From the NCBI RefSeq assembly GCF_009834535.1, contig NC_045698.1, positions 6,388,001 through 6,452,000 on the forward strand: 64,000 nucleotides of DNA. The letters run 5' to 3'. The DNA comes from Camelus ferus. Its lineage: Eukaryota. Under the pieces are notes generated by a model. The model was not told the origin of the DNA and ran no database searches. It saw only the letters and a program-made list of their open reading frames with translations. Every line of letters starts with the position of its first letter. Position 1 is the stretch's first letter. Below are positions 47,999-61,800 of the stretch, piece by piece. A program made the translations under genes and the position numbers.

Positions 47999-50900
47999 AT
48001 CTCACAAAGCTAAAAAAAAAAAAAACATAACAGATACACCATGGTACACTCTTTAGCAAAGCAGACCCCATTATAACTTGGATTTTGTTATTATCAGGAG
48101 GAGTTAGTGTTACATTATCACTTTGTGCTGTATAATTACTAGGAAAACTATACAGTAAAATGTTTTAGATAAAGAGGCATTCCTAATGGCTCTCATTGGT
48201 CTAGTGGTTTTGTTAAAAGTTAAATAGTAATTCTCTCTTCAGTAAATTTAAGACTCCAAGGAGTAGAGTTAGTGCCAGGGTTACAAGAAGAGTAGTTTTC
48301 AAATGCCATCAGATTGTTCAAATCCTTCTGCTGAAATGGCAAACAATCACCTTCCCCAATCTGCTTAATGTCAAAGTAGCCTTTGCATTTTCAAGATAAA
48401 CATTGGCCAAGGATTGGAAGAAAAAAAAAAAAAAAAACAGAAGGAAAATGTGAGACTCTTCAAAAATATTTCATCACTTTGTCCGATGTACCAAGAAAGA
48501 GCAACTGCTCACACCGGTTTATTCGACCACAGAGTTTTCTGAAGACAGTTATTTCAAGTAGCAGAGTTACTTTCCTGAGGCATTTTTATTGCAGTATCAC
48601 CGATTTTCCAATAATATTCAAATCCAGACTTAATTAAAGACCACGAGTGTAGAGCTGTTCTGTTGGCTCACTTCCAACCTCACGAGAAGACAGGAGGAAG
48701 GGAAATTATATTAAGAATGAAACTGAACCACCGATTGTAGGGCTGAGCACAGGACTGGGAATCACAGCATTTGAAAAAGAATGGAGATGGACATGTGTCT
48801 TTCACAGACTGGCCTGAAGTTGGGTGTTCCAGATTAATCCCCTCGTGTCTCTCTGTTCACTCAGCGAACCAGACTTCGCCTATTGGATCACTTGGCAGAA
48901 ATGGAAAAAAAAAAAACGTCACTGGAGAGAAATATGAATATCAGTGGACACTCTCCGGTACCAGATCTTATTTCTCAAAGTTACTCAGTTATTTTGTCTG
49001 AAATCAGATTATGTTTTAACCTGGTCATAACTTTTCTTTATTCCAACTGATTTGTTCTAATCAATTAAACTCCTTTAATCAAGCCTTCTCGTTCTATTCT
49101 CAGTGGAGATTCTTTGTTATTCTTTCATGGATCATAATTTTGGAACAAATCTCACTACTGATTTATGAAGCCATCTTTCTGGCTGATTCCTTTCAAGGCC
49201 CTTTTCTACCTGCTCTAACCTATCTCTGCGGCAGTCAAACAAATGGTAGGGCTTTCCACCGTCTATGTTTCAGACCTCACTACGACACTCATGATCCTAT
49301 TTCCTGAGTCTCTGCTTTTTTTTTAATCTTTCGTTTTTGTCATCCTTTGTCCTTTTCTACTGCACGAAAGCCCAGTAGAGAAAAGGAATCTTAATTCTCT
49401 ACTTCATTCTGTATTTAGTCTTCATTATATCTTTCAGCCGGAGACATGGAGCAGCAATATTGTGGTTCCTTGGATTTTCAAAAGCTCTGTACAGTAGGCA
49501 ATGAGTTTGAAACGTCTATATTTTAAAGACACAAAGATTCCTGTCTGTGGTACAGTTTTTTTTTTTTTGTCTGTAAATAGTTAGAAATCACATCTGTGCT
49601 ATTCAACAACTTACAGAAGTGCTGCTTTACGAACACGCATTCATCCTTCTCTCTTCCATTTAATAAATATTCACTAAATACCCACCAAGTGCAAGACATG
49701 GATAGATAATGAGTGACGGGGAAAAACACACATACAGATAATATTTGCACACATCAGATACTAGTTTACAATAAAACATAAGTGACTTCCATCAGCCCAG
49801 ACAACCTCATGCTACATCTGAGGAAGCATCAGTGGTGTTATGGTAGCCGCGTTCATCTCAGAATCCAGGGATACACTGCAACTTACAACACCATCAACTT
49901 TCAGGAAGTGACAGAGCTACAGACAGACCTAAAGGGAAATAGAGTAGGTTTACAGAAAATCACTTTGTACCCACAGACACCCTAGGCGATGTACAGAAGC
50001 ACCTGTGGTTTCATGACACAGCACACCTCCCTGCCACGCACACACGCGCCCAGGTTCTGATAAACAGAGCTCTGATCTCAGGAGTAAATCAGACGCGAGA
50101 ATGAAAAAAAAAAAAAAAAAAAAAAACCACTGGCTCTTTTTACGGACAAGTTACATACATATAATCCACGGTTCTCAGAAGTATATAAACAAAGCTGTGG
50201 ATTATCACATTCTGCAGCGAGAGAAGCTAATTAGACAGGGACCAGCAAAGGCAGCTACTTTTCATAAAAATGAAGAGAACAACATTCAAGGCAGATGGGC
50301 CAGCACTCTTTCAGCAGATGGCTTTGCTAATTAGATCCTGGCAAAAGATAACATTAAAAAAAAAAAAACTGGTTTAATTACACTGTGCCAAAAATTAACA
50401 ACCACCTGAGGGCTTTTCTTTATATGTCTGCATTCATATTCTCATGTCATGGATTTCTGTGAAATGCTCGAGAATGTTAAATTGTCATGGCGATGATAAG
50501 CAAATTGCCAGGGAACGGGAGACTGTGTTCAAAAGAGAAGCGAAAGGCAAACGAGTCGGAGTTTGAAACGACTGTGATTTTCATGTGACTTGAATGAACA
50601 AGACACAAAGGGGTAAACGGCTGAGTCACTTTGGAAGGATTTGTCCAACCTTCCTGTCGGCCTTGACTCCTTACTAGATATTAGGTGCCCTTATTCACTT
50701 AATAGTAGTTTCCAGGACACTTGAATCTGCGGTCGTGGCGAAAACAGGCAAGTCCCTGTCATTCTAACTGGTGGCCTCCAACTCAGGGAATTCGAAGGGG
50801 ACGCTAGCCATATCTTCTAACTACTGTTTTTTGATGCTTACGAATCTGTACTCATCCAACATCAGAGACACACCTTAACCTTAGAGAGTCCCATGAAAAC

Positions 50901-51078
50901 GTGTTATTACCATTTTTTAAACCCTTATATGAAAGCCCAAGATTTTCTTCCACGAAATAAAAATATTAAAACCAAACTTCCTTCAATTGCTGCCCAGTGG
51001 AGCTGTTCATTGGGCCTTCTGTTTTATAATTGGCCTTTTTAAATTGAGGGCTGGGTTTTTATATAATTGAGCAGACAG

Positions 51079-51518
51079 TGTATTAGATTCCGAGGCTGCT
51101 GTAACAAAGCACCGCAAACTGGGTGGCTTTAAGAAATATACATTTATTTTCACAGTCCCCAGGGCTAGAAATCCGAAATCAGTCGAGCTGATTCCTTCCG
51201 GAGTTCCCATGGGAGAATCCCTTCTCTGCTTGTCTCTGGGACTCTGGTGGCCGCTGGCATCCCCTGGCGTTCCTTGGCTTGGAGGCGCATCAGCCCAGCC
51301 CTTGCCTCTGCGTCACCTGCTCTGCTCCCTGTGTGTCTCTGTTTGGCCAAATGTCCCTCTTCTTACAAAAACGCTGGTCTTTGAATTAGGGCCCATTCTG
51401 TCCAGTAAAACCTTATCTTCACTAATTACATCTGCAAAGATTGTGTTTCCAAATAAGGTCACATTCTGAGAATCTAGGTGGACGTGAATTTGGGAGGGAC
51501 ACCATTCAACACAGTACA
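51079..51518 (-). mobile_element. MaLR solo LTR (MLT1B/C-like) with perfect 5-bp TSD
   Basis: tgtattag...ggctgctgtaacaaagcaccgcaaactgggtggctt...gggacaccattcaacacagtaca. TSD GACAG at 51074-51078 and 51519-51523. Confidence 0.88.
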
Positions 51519-52279
51519 GACAGCCAGACATCGTGACACAACGAGTTCTGAGACTGACAACTGACCGCACACTAATGAGGGTCATTGCTCAACCACAAAT
51601 TAGTTGCCAAATCTTAGGCAAAACACTGACAAATTATAACAATTTATAAAACTTTTGTGATGTGGCAACCACGGAGCGAGGCACTTTCTATACAAGTATC
51701 TCCTGTAAGTCTCTCTGTGATTTTATGTGGAAAGCACCATGACTGTAATGTTCTGGATGAGGACACAAAACAGTAAGCAAGGCACCAAGATTCAGATTCG
51801 GTAACTTGGATGGAAGCCTGGGGTCTCAGCCACTCTCCCTTCACTGAAATTGTCAAAGGAAGTGACCTTCATGACGGATTGTCATGGTTCCTGTGTTTTT
51901 CTCTCCTATGATTGAGAAAAATGCACACCTCAAGCCCAGAAATGTGTGCACATCTAAGTTCAGAGCTGTTGACATTCAGTAAATACTAATTAATCATAAA
52001 AGCCATCGATTCCCCTGTCATGGAATGTATTCATTTCTAAAGCCTCTGCACCTGTTCATGGTCCTAGTATTGATTTTAAATGGGACATGATTCACCGCAT
52101 GAAACTCTGTAGTTAACGACTGTACAGCCAGGGTATGGCTTAAAAGTCTTAGGCTGATTTTGCAGAATTACACATCTTGAATCCCAGAAAACAGCCTGCT
52201 CAAGCCACAGATGTGGAGATACCACCCCTCCTCTGCTACAGCCCTCCAGGGGCCCGTCCTTCACCTGGAGCAGAAGCCA

Positions 52280-52658
52280 AAGCCATCTGGAATGTTCTGC
52301 CACATCCAGTCACTTACTCCTCTCTGTCTGATGTCCTAGGAACCCTCACCCTCACACCATGTCCAGCTCCTCAGCAATGCAGACTTGATCCCTGTGGCTT
52401 GTGCACCTGCTGGTTCCATTTTCTGGAACATCACCTGGCTGGGACCTGTGCCTCCTAAGGTCTTTGCTTAAGCATTACCTTCTCACTGGGACCCACATAG
52501 CCACGCCTATAAGAGAGCAACTGGCCTCCCCACTCCCCACAGGAAGGCGATGTCCATCTGTCCTCTTGGTTCACTTCTAGGTCCCCAGCACCTAGAACCA
52601 CGCTTCACACTCAGCAAGAACTCTGTTGTTCAACAGTACACTTGCTGATGAATGAATG
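52280..52658 (+). mobile_element. LINE-2 3' fragment
   Basis: Ends ccccagcacctagaacc...gctgatgaatgaatg (L2 3' microsatellite). Boundaries approximate. Confidence 0.55.
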
Positions 52659-55600
52659 GCTGTGATGTACTCTCTACCTGCAGTCCCAGAACTGGGTCCA
52701 GGGGCCCAGATGAAGCTCCCCCATATGGAAGGGGCAGGTGAGTCTCTGGAGCCCTCGAGCTGCTTGGGCAGGATGACCACATACTGAATTTCTGCAGCCA
52801 ACGTCCCTCCAGGGTTCCTCTTCCAAACACTTTAGGGGCTCCATAAAGGGGGCAGGATGAACGAAAGCATGAATGTTCCCACTTTCTGAGCAGTAGGCTC
52901 ATTTCTTTAGGTGAATTCTTATGCATAATCTCAGGTAAAAGAAGGCAAAAGTGATATTTACTAGATTCCTGTTATAACTGTAATGCAAGATTGTAGCATG
53001 AAATCATTAGGAAAGTATGAGGCGAAGTGACTGCCGAGTCACGGCGCCGTCAGCACCCAGTCATGTCTGTATTCTGTTTCAGTTGCTTACTTTTGAAATT
53101 ATACTGATTTATACAAATTAAGTAGTAATAAATGAGGTCACCTTTGAATCTCAGTTAATTTGGGTAAAATCTGAAATGACAGCAGACAATTGATTCCATG
53201 CTGTACAATAAACCAGGTAAGCCAGGTAATGTTACAGTAAAAGTTATTTCACTGAGGGTTGTCAATGCCTTAAAATTTTATAGACAGCATACCTTGATGT
53301 CAACAATCTTTAAATAACAGAATTAAAAGATAAGTAATGCATAAAATCCCTTAGCACTGCTAGAATTCAGGCGTTCCAGGAAACATATTTGGTTCTAAGA
53401 AACCAAGCATCATTGATAAGCAATTTAAAGCTTGGAATTGAACCTAAGGATGGAGAAAAACAAAGTAACAGAAAATGAGTTCTAATAACTGTACTCCTGA
53501 ACATGAATGAGCCCCACTAGGTCATTTTGTGAAAAAAGTGCATTAGGAAGAAGGCCAATATCAAAGGACATTATAATAGCTAGGCTAATATTTAGAATTA
53601 TGATTGTCAGACACTGAGGCACCAAACAACTTGCTCCGCTTCAAAAATGTTGCCATCGATGAAATTGTTGCTGGAAGGTAAGGCGAGTGAGAACAGCTGC
53701 TCCTGGTTTCAAAGAAATTATTTTCATGGATCCAGTGGGATTGGTTTAGAAAAATGGTGTATGGTCTAATTTGTGAGCCTAAATGTAGGGGAAAATCTAA
53801 TTACTAGAGAAGTGACTATTTTTATATATAAATTTGCTCAAGTATTTATATATAAATAACCCAATTCAAAACCAGTCAAGCATGGGATACAAGTGTTGAC
53901 ATCAGAGTGGACTGACTTCTCAAGGACCAGCTCCCTAATTGACTATTTCCCAAATGTGTTTGGTCAGGAAACTATTGCTACTAATGCCCTATTTTCAAAC
54001 ATACAATTATTTCCTCCATCACAGATGATGCAATTCAAACACCACAATATCTGTGATGTTCAACAGGAACTGTGATGTTCGCTAGAAACTAAGTAGATAC
54101 ATCACAACCAAATTAAAATTAGACAGTTAGCCGAGGTGACGTTTATTCTGCAGATGTAGAGAAGTACCTGGAAAGGAATAAGCTGATTATGTAAAGTCAT
54201 GAAAAATAGAAGACCAAGCTGAGTTTTTAAACACTATTTGAGAACTTTACAGGACAATGACAAGAGGTCTTGCAAAATAAAAATAAAAACAAAAAAACAG
54301 AGAGAGCAGCATATTGGCATGAGATGCTCTGTAGGACCTCAACCGACTAGAAGGATAAACACCTTCGAATGATGAACACTGTCTTGGGGATTTCTTCACA
54401 AGGCTAAGCTTGTAGTATGGCTTTGACCAAGGCGTTCTTACACAGAGCAGTTGACTACTGGCCATCACAGTCTAGATCTGCTGGGAAAAGTGAAGAGACA
54501 ATTCTGGCCCTAGTACAAGAGTGAGACTCCCAGCCATGTGGCAAGACTCCTTTTAGGAGTACAGTTAAAGGGTTCAAAAGGGACTGAATCTCACAAGTAA
54601 TATAAGGACCAAGGTTTTCATTTTGAGCCAACATGAGACAGAAGTAGGAAAAAGACCCCAGCAGCCACAGCACAAATGAGAATAAAGATGTGGAAACCCT
54701 GTAATTCTTTGTTTGGTTAAGAGTCTTATTTATTGCTGTTAAAAAATATTTTTGTGTTTTCAAGAGAACTATCCGATCTGAGATTGTGTGTGTTAGGTTT
54801 CCCCTGCTTGAAGCATAGGGTCACCTATACTGGGCTCATCAGCTTGGGTTCTATTCTTGTACATTCTGGCTCAATCCTAATGAAGACATTCTAAATGAAC
54901 TGTCATCTTAATAGTTAATATAAATGTACATACATGAATGTTTGGTTTTAGCTTTTCCATCAATATTTTTCTCTGAAACTAGCTTCATGAAAACAAACAG
55001 TATGTTGTAGCTGATTCCTTTTCTCCACAGTTCTGAGTTAGAATGCATGTACTAGGTTCAAAAGTACTTACAAAGCCCAAATTATGGATGCTTACTGGGG
55101 AATTATTTTACACTCACTGGGCCACTCAGAATTTATTTATTATTCATGTTATAAATACTTGCTTCCTGAGATGCATCCTACCACTACAAAGACTGACTTT
55201 ATTTCAACTTCAGAACATATTGATCTATTTGCCAGCCCTCAAAATATATGGAAACCCCTTTTTATGAGGCTTATTCAACATTATTTCCATAAATTTTCAT
55301 TTGTAGCTGAGAGAAGCAAACATTACGATTTGTTTTCTGGTATATATTTGAGCAGTTGCACTTCTCTGTTATTTTACATAAAATGTGTAAGAGGATGATA
55401 TACTTTTGTTCAAGAAACATTATTTATGATATCACCGCAATGTTCAAGGAGAACTTAATGAACACTATTGATATATTCATTTCCCTGTTAATATCCAACA
55501 TAATCATAACTTTACAGCCACCTGCTTGAACTTATTAAATCAAACAAATAAGTCAGCATTAAACAGCAATTTGTGATTTCACCATTAATTTCTTCAAGAA

Positions 55601-56001
55601 TTTGTCTCTCTTCTATGGGACAATCAGTTTGCTTATGTGCTGGGGGAATATTACCATGACTATTACCATTGTCTTTGATGAGAAAGAGCTTTATCAAGTA
55701 AATAAGTCCAAAAGTGTTTCAACTATGAGGATAAGAACTAGTGATTTTTTGATATATGCAATGTCTAAGATATTTTGATTGCAAATGGATATTTCTGTTG
55801 TAATTTTACAATTAATTGAGATGAGCATCACTCAGTTCCCTCTTATCATCCATTCTTAGTAGGTCTCAATTAGCCAGAGTTGGCAATTGATGCCATGTGT
55901 TACAACTTTACCCAGTTTTGTGTGAAGGAATTTGATTTTGATCTCTATGGCTCTGAGTATCATTAGAAAAAGAAATTGGTGTGTGTCTAGGGGTGGGACA
56001 T

Positions 56002-56724
56002 TGTGGTAGAGTGAATAATGGCCTTTTTTTCTTTTCCTAAGAACATAAATTTAAGGCCCACAAACCAATCCCGGGCAAAGGAGGAGGGCTTGGCCATGCC
56101 CCCAGGAAGCTGGAGCCAATCAGGTGGGGTAACTAAGGGAGGGCGGCTAGGACTCTCAGGTTATTGGTCAAGCCCTTTATAGTGTTCATACTAGTCAGAT
56201 GAAGGAGCTGCCCATTCTCTATGCTGAAGCAGAGGGCTACTACCCAATCCTGGAGCTTGGCTGTGATCTGTCAGGAATGGAGCCAATACCTGGCAAGCAA
56301 AAGATATCCACATCCTATTACCGGAACCTATGAATGCTACCTTGTATGACAAAAAAAGACTTGGCAGATGTGATTAAATTAAGGATCCTGAGACGGGAGA
56401 GATTATCCTGTATTATTCAGGCAGGTCCCAAATACAATCAAATGTTTCCTTATGTGGGAGACAGAGGGAGATTTGACACATAGGGAGGAACAGGAAATGT
56501 GACCAAGAAGCAGAGATTGGAGGCACGTGGACACCAGAATCTAGAGGGACAGAATCCCCCCGAGAACCTCCAGAGAGAGTGTGGCCCAGGAGACACCTTG
56601 ATTTTAACTCCATAAAAATCATTTTGGACTCTTGACCTCTAGAACCAGAAGAGAATAAATTTCTATTGCTCTAAGTCACCCAGTTTGGGTGAATTTGTTA
56701 CAGCAGCCAGAGAAAATGAATACA
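56002..56724 (+). mobile_element. MaLR solo LTR (MLT1D-like) containing a ~275-bp secondary insert
   Basis: tgtggtagagtgaataatggcc [insert 56024-56297] aaagatatccacatcct...gcagatgtgattaaattaaggatc...aataca. Perfect TSD GACAT at 55997-56001 and 56725-56729. Confidence 0.87.
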
Positions 56725-58699
56725 GACATAATTACACATGAATTACATGTATGCACAAGCCCACACAAATGGTTTCAACATCATCAGGTGGATAAATTCA
56801 CCTCTCTGTTTCTGCCAGACATCTGAGCTGGTCCCTGTAAATATGGAAGATGCAGCCTCTGCTACACTAGAGCTGCCGGGGGGTGTACTCACTGTGGTCT
56901 GGGGAGCACCGGAGGGGAACACCTTGTCCAGGTGTGGTCCAGGGATGAATCAAGGCAAGGTTCCCAGGGCAGCCAGGCTTCAACTAAATTGTAAAGGAAC
57001 TAACAGTGGAGGGGTGGGTGTCCACCAAAAGGGAAGGAATCAGCCACTCCCAAGGCCTGGAAAGGGAGGAAAGTGTGTCTGCCTGAGGAACTGAGTCACT
57101 GGGCAGGGAATGGAGAGGGATGTAGACTTCTGGGTGGCACACAGCTCAGGACAGGCCTCATGAACCACGCCAAGGAGTTCATTTTTTTTTTTTCATGAAC
57201 TGCAAAAAGCCATGGATAAGATGTTAAGTAAGATGTTGGCATGGTGAGAGATCAGTCACTGAGAGTGATCGCTCGAGGGGGAGGATAAGGCCTGGAAAGG
57301 AGAGTGGTGGGTGAACAGGAGACTGGTAACAGGCACTTCCAGAAGCAGCAGGCAGGCGCCGAGGGCCCGGAATAAGCGGGGACAACAGGCTGAAGACGAA
57401 GGCAGGACTGACCAGTCACCTAGGAGTGGGAAGAGCAGTGCGTAAAAAGTGGGTTTGTGGCAGAGAGATGCCCACACGCCTGGCCTGACAGCTGGTGGAT
57501 GTAGACGGCTCCAGTCTTTCTAATCTATTCTACGAAACTCTTTCCACCCGCTCCCCTGGCAAGGGTTTGGACCAAGCCCTCTGCACAATTCTCGACTGTC
57601 TTCTTTCTACTCTAGAAATAACTCCAGTGTTAGAAAAATAAAACTACTTTCACAATTCTGTTTGAAGAAAAATATAATGGGACAGTGAAACTACTTTCAA
57701 AATAGCAAAAGAATTGACCAACAAAAAAAATTCATAGGATGTTTTGATCATCATCCTTTTGAATCAAATATACCTTCATTCATTGGTAATAAATTCTGGT
57801 TTTTCAAAACCAACTAGAAAAAAACTAAACAGAACAAAAGAACAACAACCAAAGAAGCGAAGCATACTAATCACATGCAAGATATCACTAACATTATAGG
57901 AATCTGCAGGAGGTCAGTAAAGGAACTTCTTTTTCAGAGTCTTACAATAATGGCTTATGTGCTTGGAATCCTGCATCTTAAGTTAAGCGAATGAGATGAT
58001 ATAAAAGAAATATGACACCAACAGGAAATGAAAAATGAGGGAAAACTTATACTCCTTGACTTGTAAGTCATTTAGAAAAGATCAGGAAGTTGAAGTTTTT
58101 AAGCGAAAGAAATAAGAAAAACTGAATAGTAAAAAATGAAGCTTTTCATATCTGTTAGGCACATTTCTCTTAGATTTTCACATATGTAGAAAATTCTGAA
58201 AAAAAGCATGCTATTAAAAAGTGAATGTTTATTCACCTTCTAATCAGCCAGATTCAAAATTCTTGCTAGAATTTCAGGTATCCTTGAGTTCAGTTACTAT
58301 AATCCTCAAAATCAACAGAGGAAATTTAATGCCATTTTTAGGGTACACTGATGCCAGTTTTTCAAGTTTTGACTTTGAATGTAATTCACCACTGCCTACC
58401 TTTGAATCAGCATAGTGAGTTCAACCAGATCCAACAGATAAACATGCATGCAGAAAGCTGTCAGTCAGTACTGGAGGTGACACATTGTGCCAAGAGTAAC
58501 TGGTACACAGAGGAGCAATGCAGCAGCAGAAACCAGAAATCAGACTATGCGTGACAGAGAAACACCGGAAAATAGCTTCTGGGGAGATGCATCTGGGGAA
58601 ACATCCCAGAACTTCCGATGGCGATGATGCCTGCGCTCTTCTCCCCATCACTCCATCACTCCGCCCTCGCGAGAGCCCGACAGCCCCGAGAAGCAGGCA

Positions 58700-58830
58700 C
58701 TAGTGTTACATTCATCTTACGTGGTAGACAGAAAGGAAACTAACTTACCAAAGGTCACCGAGCTATTAGGTGAGTGACCTGGGATTCGAACCCAAGCCAT
58801 CTGGCTTCAGCATCCGTGATCTAGCCCGTG
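58700..58830 (-). mobile_element. MIR SINE relic
   Basis: taacttaccaaaggtcaccgagcta...ctgggattcgaacccaagcc..tctggcttc. Weaker MIR relics occur near 10290-10480, 12620-12780, 18060-18260, 21020-21170, 23920-24030, 29900-30040 and 34050-34240. Confidence 0.65.
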
Positions 58831-61800
58831 TGTTCGGGCCTCTTCTTTTAGTGAGTAGGGCTCCAGGACCTCCCAGATTCCTAATTCTTTCCTGCCTCAC
58901 CAGAGTCCTACTCAAAGATCAAGTTAGCTTGCTTTGAACTTGTCAGAGGAAATACAATGTGTTTCTTTCTCTTTCTAATAAAAGGGGGAGAAAAAAGACT
59001 CTCAGCGGGGAAATGGGAAATAAAATGGTTTGGTTGAAGAGATGATGCCTGTTCACTTTGTCTTTACTGAGATTTGGACAAAACCGTTAATGGTTTCAGG
59101 GCTGGTTCCACAGCACACACACTCATTCAGTCACAAGTGCTGGCAGCCACCCCCTACCTCACCCACTGGGGCTCTGGAAGGGCATGGAAAACACAGAAGT
59201 AAATTCGATTAAGAACAGTCTACCACTCTGCAATTCTGTTGCATTCTCCAAGCTCACCTGCAATAATATCAAAGGCAAGACCAAGAGCACAGATGAGTGA
59301 ACAGGTGTGGACAGAATCCCAGCCTCTGCAGTGTCACATGTGGGTAAAGATTATTAAACTACGTGCAGGTCATTCCAACTGGGTTACATTCCCAAAGTGA
59401 GTTTATACGTCGGATTTAAGGGAATAAAGTAAAAACTCTCCTACAGAGATATAATGCAAGCTGATAAGCACCTAGGTCAACAGACCCTCCTCCTGCCCAC
59501 CCCCCCCAAACCCTGCCCACCACATTCTGAACAGGATATGGTAGACCCATTGCACAGGTGCCGCCAAGAAAACACAAAGTTCCAGGCTGCGATTCTAAGG
59601 TTCCACGCTCTTTGTTTTGCAGAAAGGTAGGCCCCCATCCCCTTGCATGGAATATGGAGGCCACCCCCTTTGCCCCACAGCACAGAGCACAGAAGCCCCG
59701 AGGAGGTGTGAAGGCCCACTGAAGAGGTGGTACCAGGCCTGGGCAGGACACGGAAGAGAAACCACAGGGCCTGGTGCACTCCTGGTTCTGATGCTCCCTG
59801 GGAGCTAGCCTAACTGGTCTCTCCTGGAATGCCACTCTTCCTTGTCCCCAGTCTCAAGATCCCCGCCATGGTCATCTTACTGGGACCCAGCCCTTCAGAG
59901 TCTTCCTAAAGGCTCCCAAGATTGACAGCGCTGACACTATTAAAGGCAGAAGTCAAACTTTCCTCTGGAAGTCATCACACAGGCTGTAGAAAAGCAATGG
60001 CATTAAATTTAGTACTTCCCAGAACCGTCCCACCTAAGAGAGCTCTAACACCCTGAAATAAGTAACGCTAACAGAGTTCTCCTCCTCAGTTCCTGAGGCC
60101 TGCAAGTCCTGATTAGGCTGAATAATTAAGAGAAGCTTTTTTTTTTCTTATTTGTTTTTCCAAATAGGATAACTTTTCCCTGTACATGTCTATATGGGCT
60201 CTCACCCAAGGGCAACTGGTTTAATGGATTATGATGATGGATAATTAGGCCTCTTAATTATTTCCTTAGGATTATTGTAGCTGTGAAAATCAAGCCACGC
60301 ACACATACATTCAAATAGCAATTATACACTATTTAATTGCTTTTTAATTTAGAAATGATTTCTGGTTTTGAAAACGATCTCTGTCCCAGTGTGTTCATCA
60401 TTTTTCTCTGCATATCCAAAGATCTTATCAGTCTATTTATAGCCATTTTGATTGGTTTACCTTCTATGGTGGTTTGACAAATGTCATTGGTGATTGGTTA
60501 GATTTGTGTTCATGCTAATATACAATCAGGGTGATTCAACCAGCAGCTAATGCTTAATTAACCAGTTTTAATTGAATCTATTAAAAAATGGATGCAGCAA
60601 GTCCAGATGTAGCCTACAAAAACTCAGAATTTCACCCTTTCTAGACATCCGACCCTGGGCGTTTCTGAAGAATTTCATCCTTAGGTCACCTCTGCCAAGT
60701 CTTGCTTTTCCTTTAAACAATGATGAGTTGCAGGAGAAAGGAGCTCTTAGCTTTAGGAAGTGGCTTCTATATAGCCATCACATCAGTAATAAAATTATCA
60801 CTGCATAATAGTCCTCAGACGGCAAAGTACATTTCTCCTCTGGTGCCTAGTTGTTAGTACAGACAGTCACTGAGGCTTGTCTGGTTTAACAGTAAGGAAT
60901 TCATGATACAGGAAATAAAAATAGAGACCCTGTGTAACCTTTATATCATAAGCATTGTAACTGATTGGTTCTATGCCAAGAAAACATCCCCAAAAGAGGC
61001 AATGCTAACTAACCGGTCACATTTCTATGTAAACCAGGTTACAACTTATAAACTTATGCATCTAATATTTACTGAACACCTATTCGATGGCAGAAACCAA
61101 GATTCAATAGGATCCTTTCTAAACGTTCAGACATTTCAGGAATTCTGAGCCTAGTAAAGGTGACCCCGAAGTAAGGAGTAATACAGCTTGGGAATGAAGG
61201 GTATAGACCAGGAAAGCACTGAGAAAACACACAGTGGAGACAGCGGAGAGTCACACAAAGAAGCTCAGCCAAGCTTCCATCTGAGCGGGGCTGGAGGAAA
61301 CGTGGAGGCTCTCCCGGGAAATGACAGGGAAAGATGCTTCCTGGAAACAGGCAACAGCACGTGGAAGGCCTGTGAGACATGAAAAGGCATCTCACGCTCT
61401 GGGACCTGCAAGGAGCGTGGATGCGTGGAGCCCGAGAGGAGAGGTGCGAATGAGCAGCCCTTGAAGCCAGAAAGAAAGAAAAGGACAGATCAGGAAGCTT
61501 CTTATATGACGTGGTTTGAAAACAGAAACTTTTACATGAAAGGGACTTAAATAGCAAAGTACTGTAATGGTTTCCGAATACCAAGACATCAATCGCGGTA
61601 CGAGGCAGGAGAAATGGAGGCACAGAGCATTACAAACCACTGCCCAAGGTCAGGGAGCCAGTGAAGGAACTAAGATTCAAATATGATCAGATGAGCAGTT
61701 CAGAAAGATGACTGAGGAGAAAGGACTGCGCAAATGGGGAAACAGAAAACGATTCATGGAAGACCATTACCTAGTTTAAGACCAAAGAGGGTGAAGCAAA

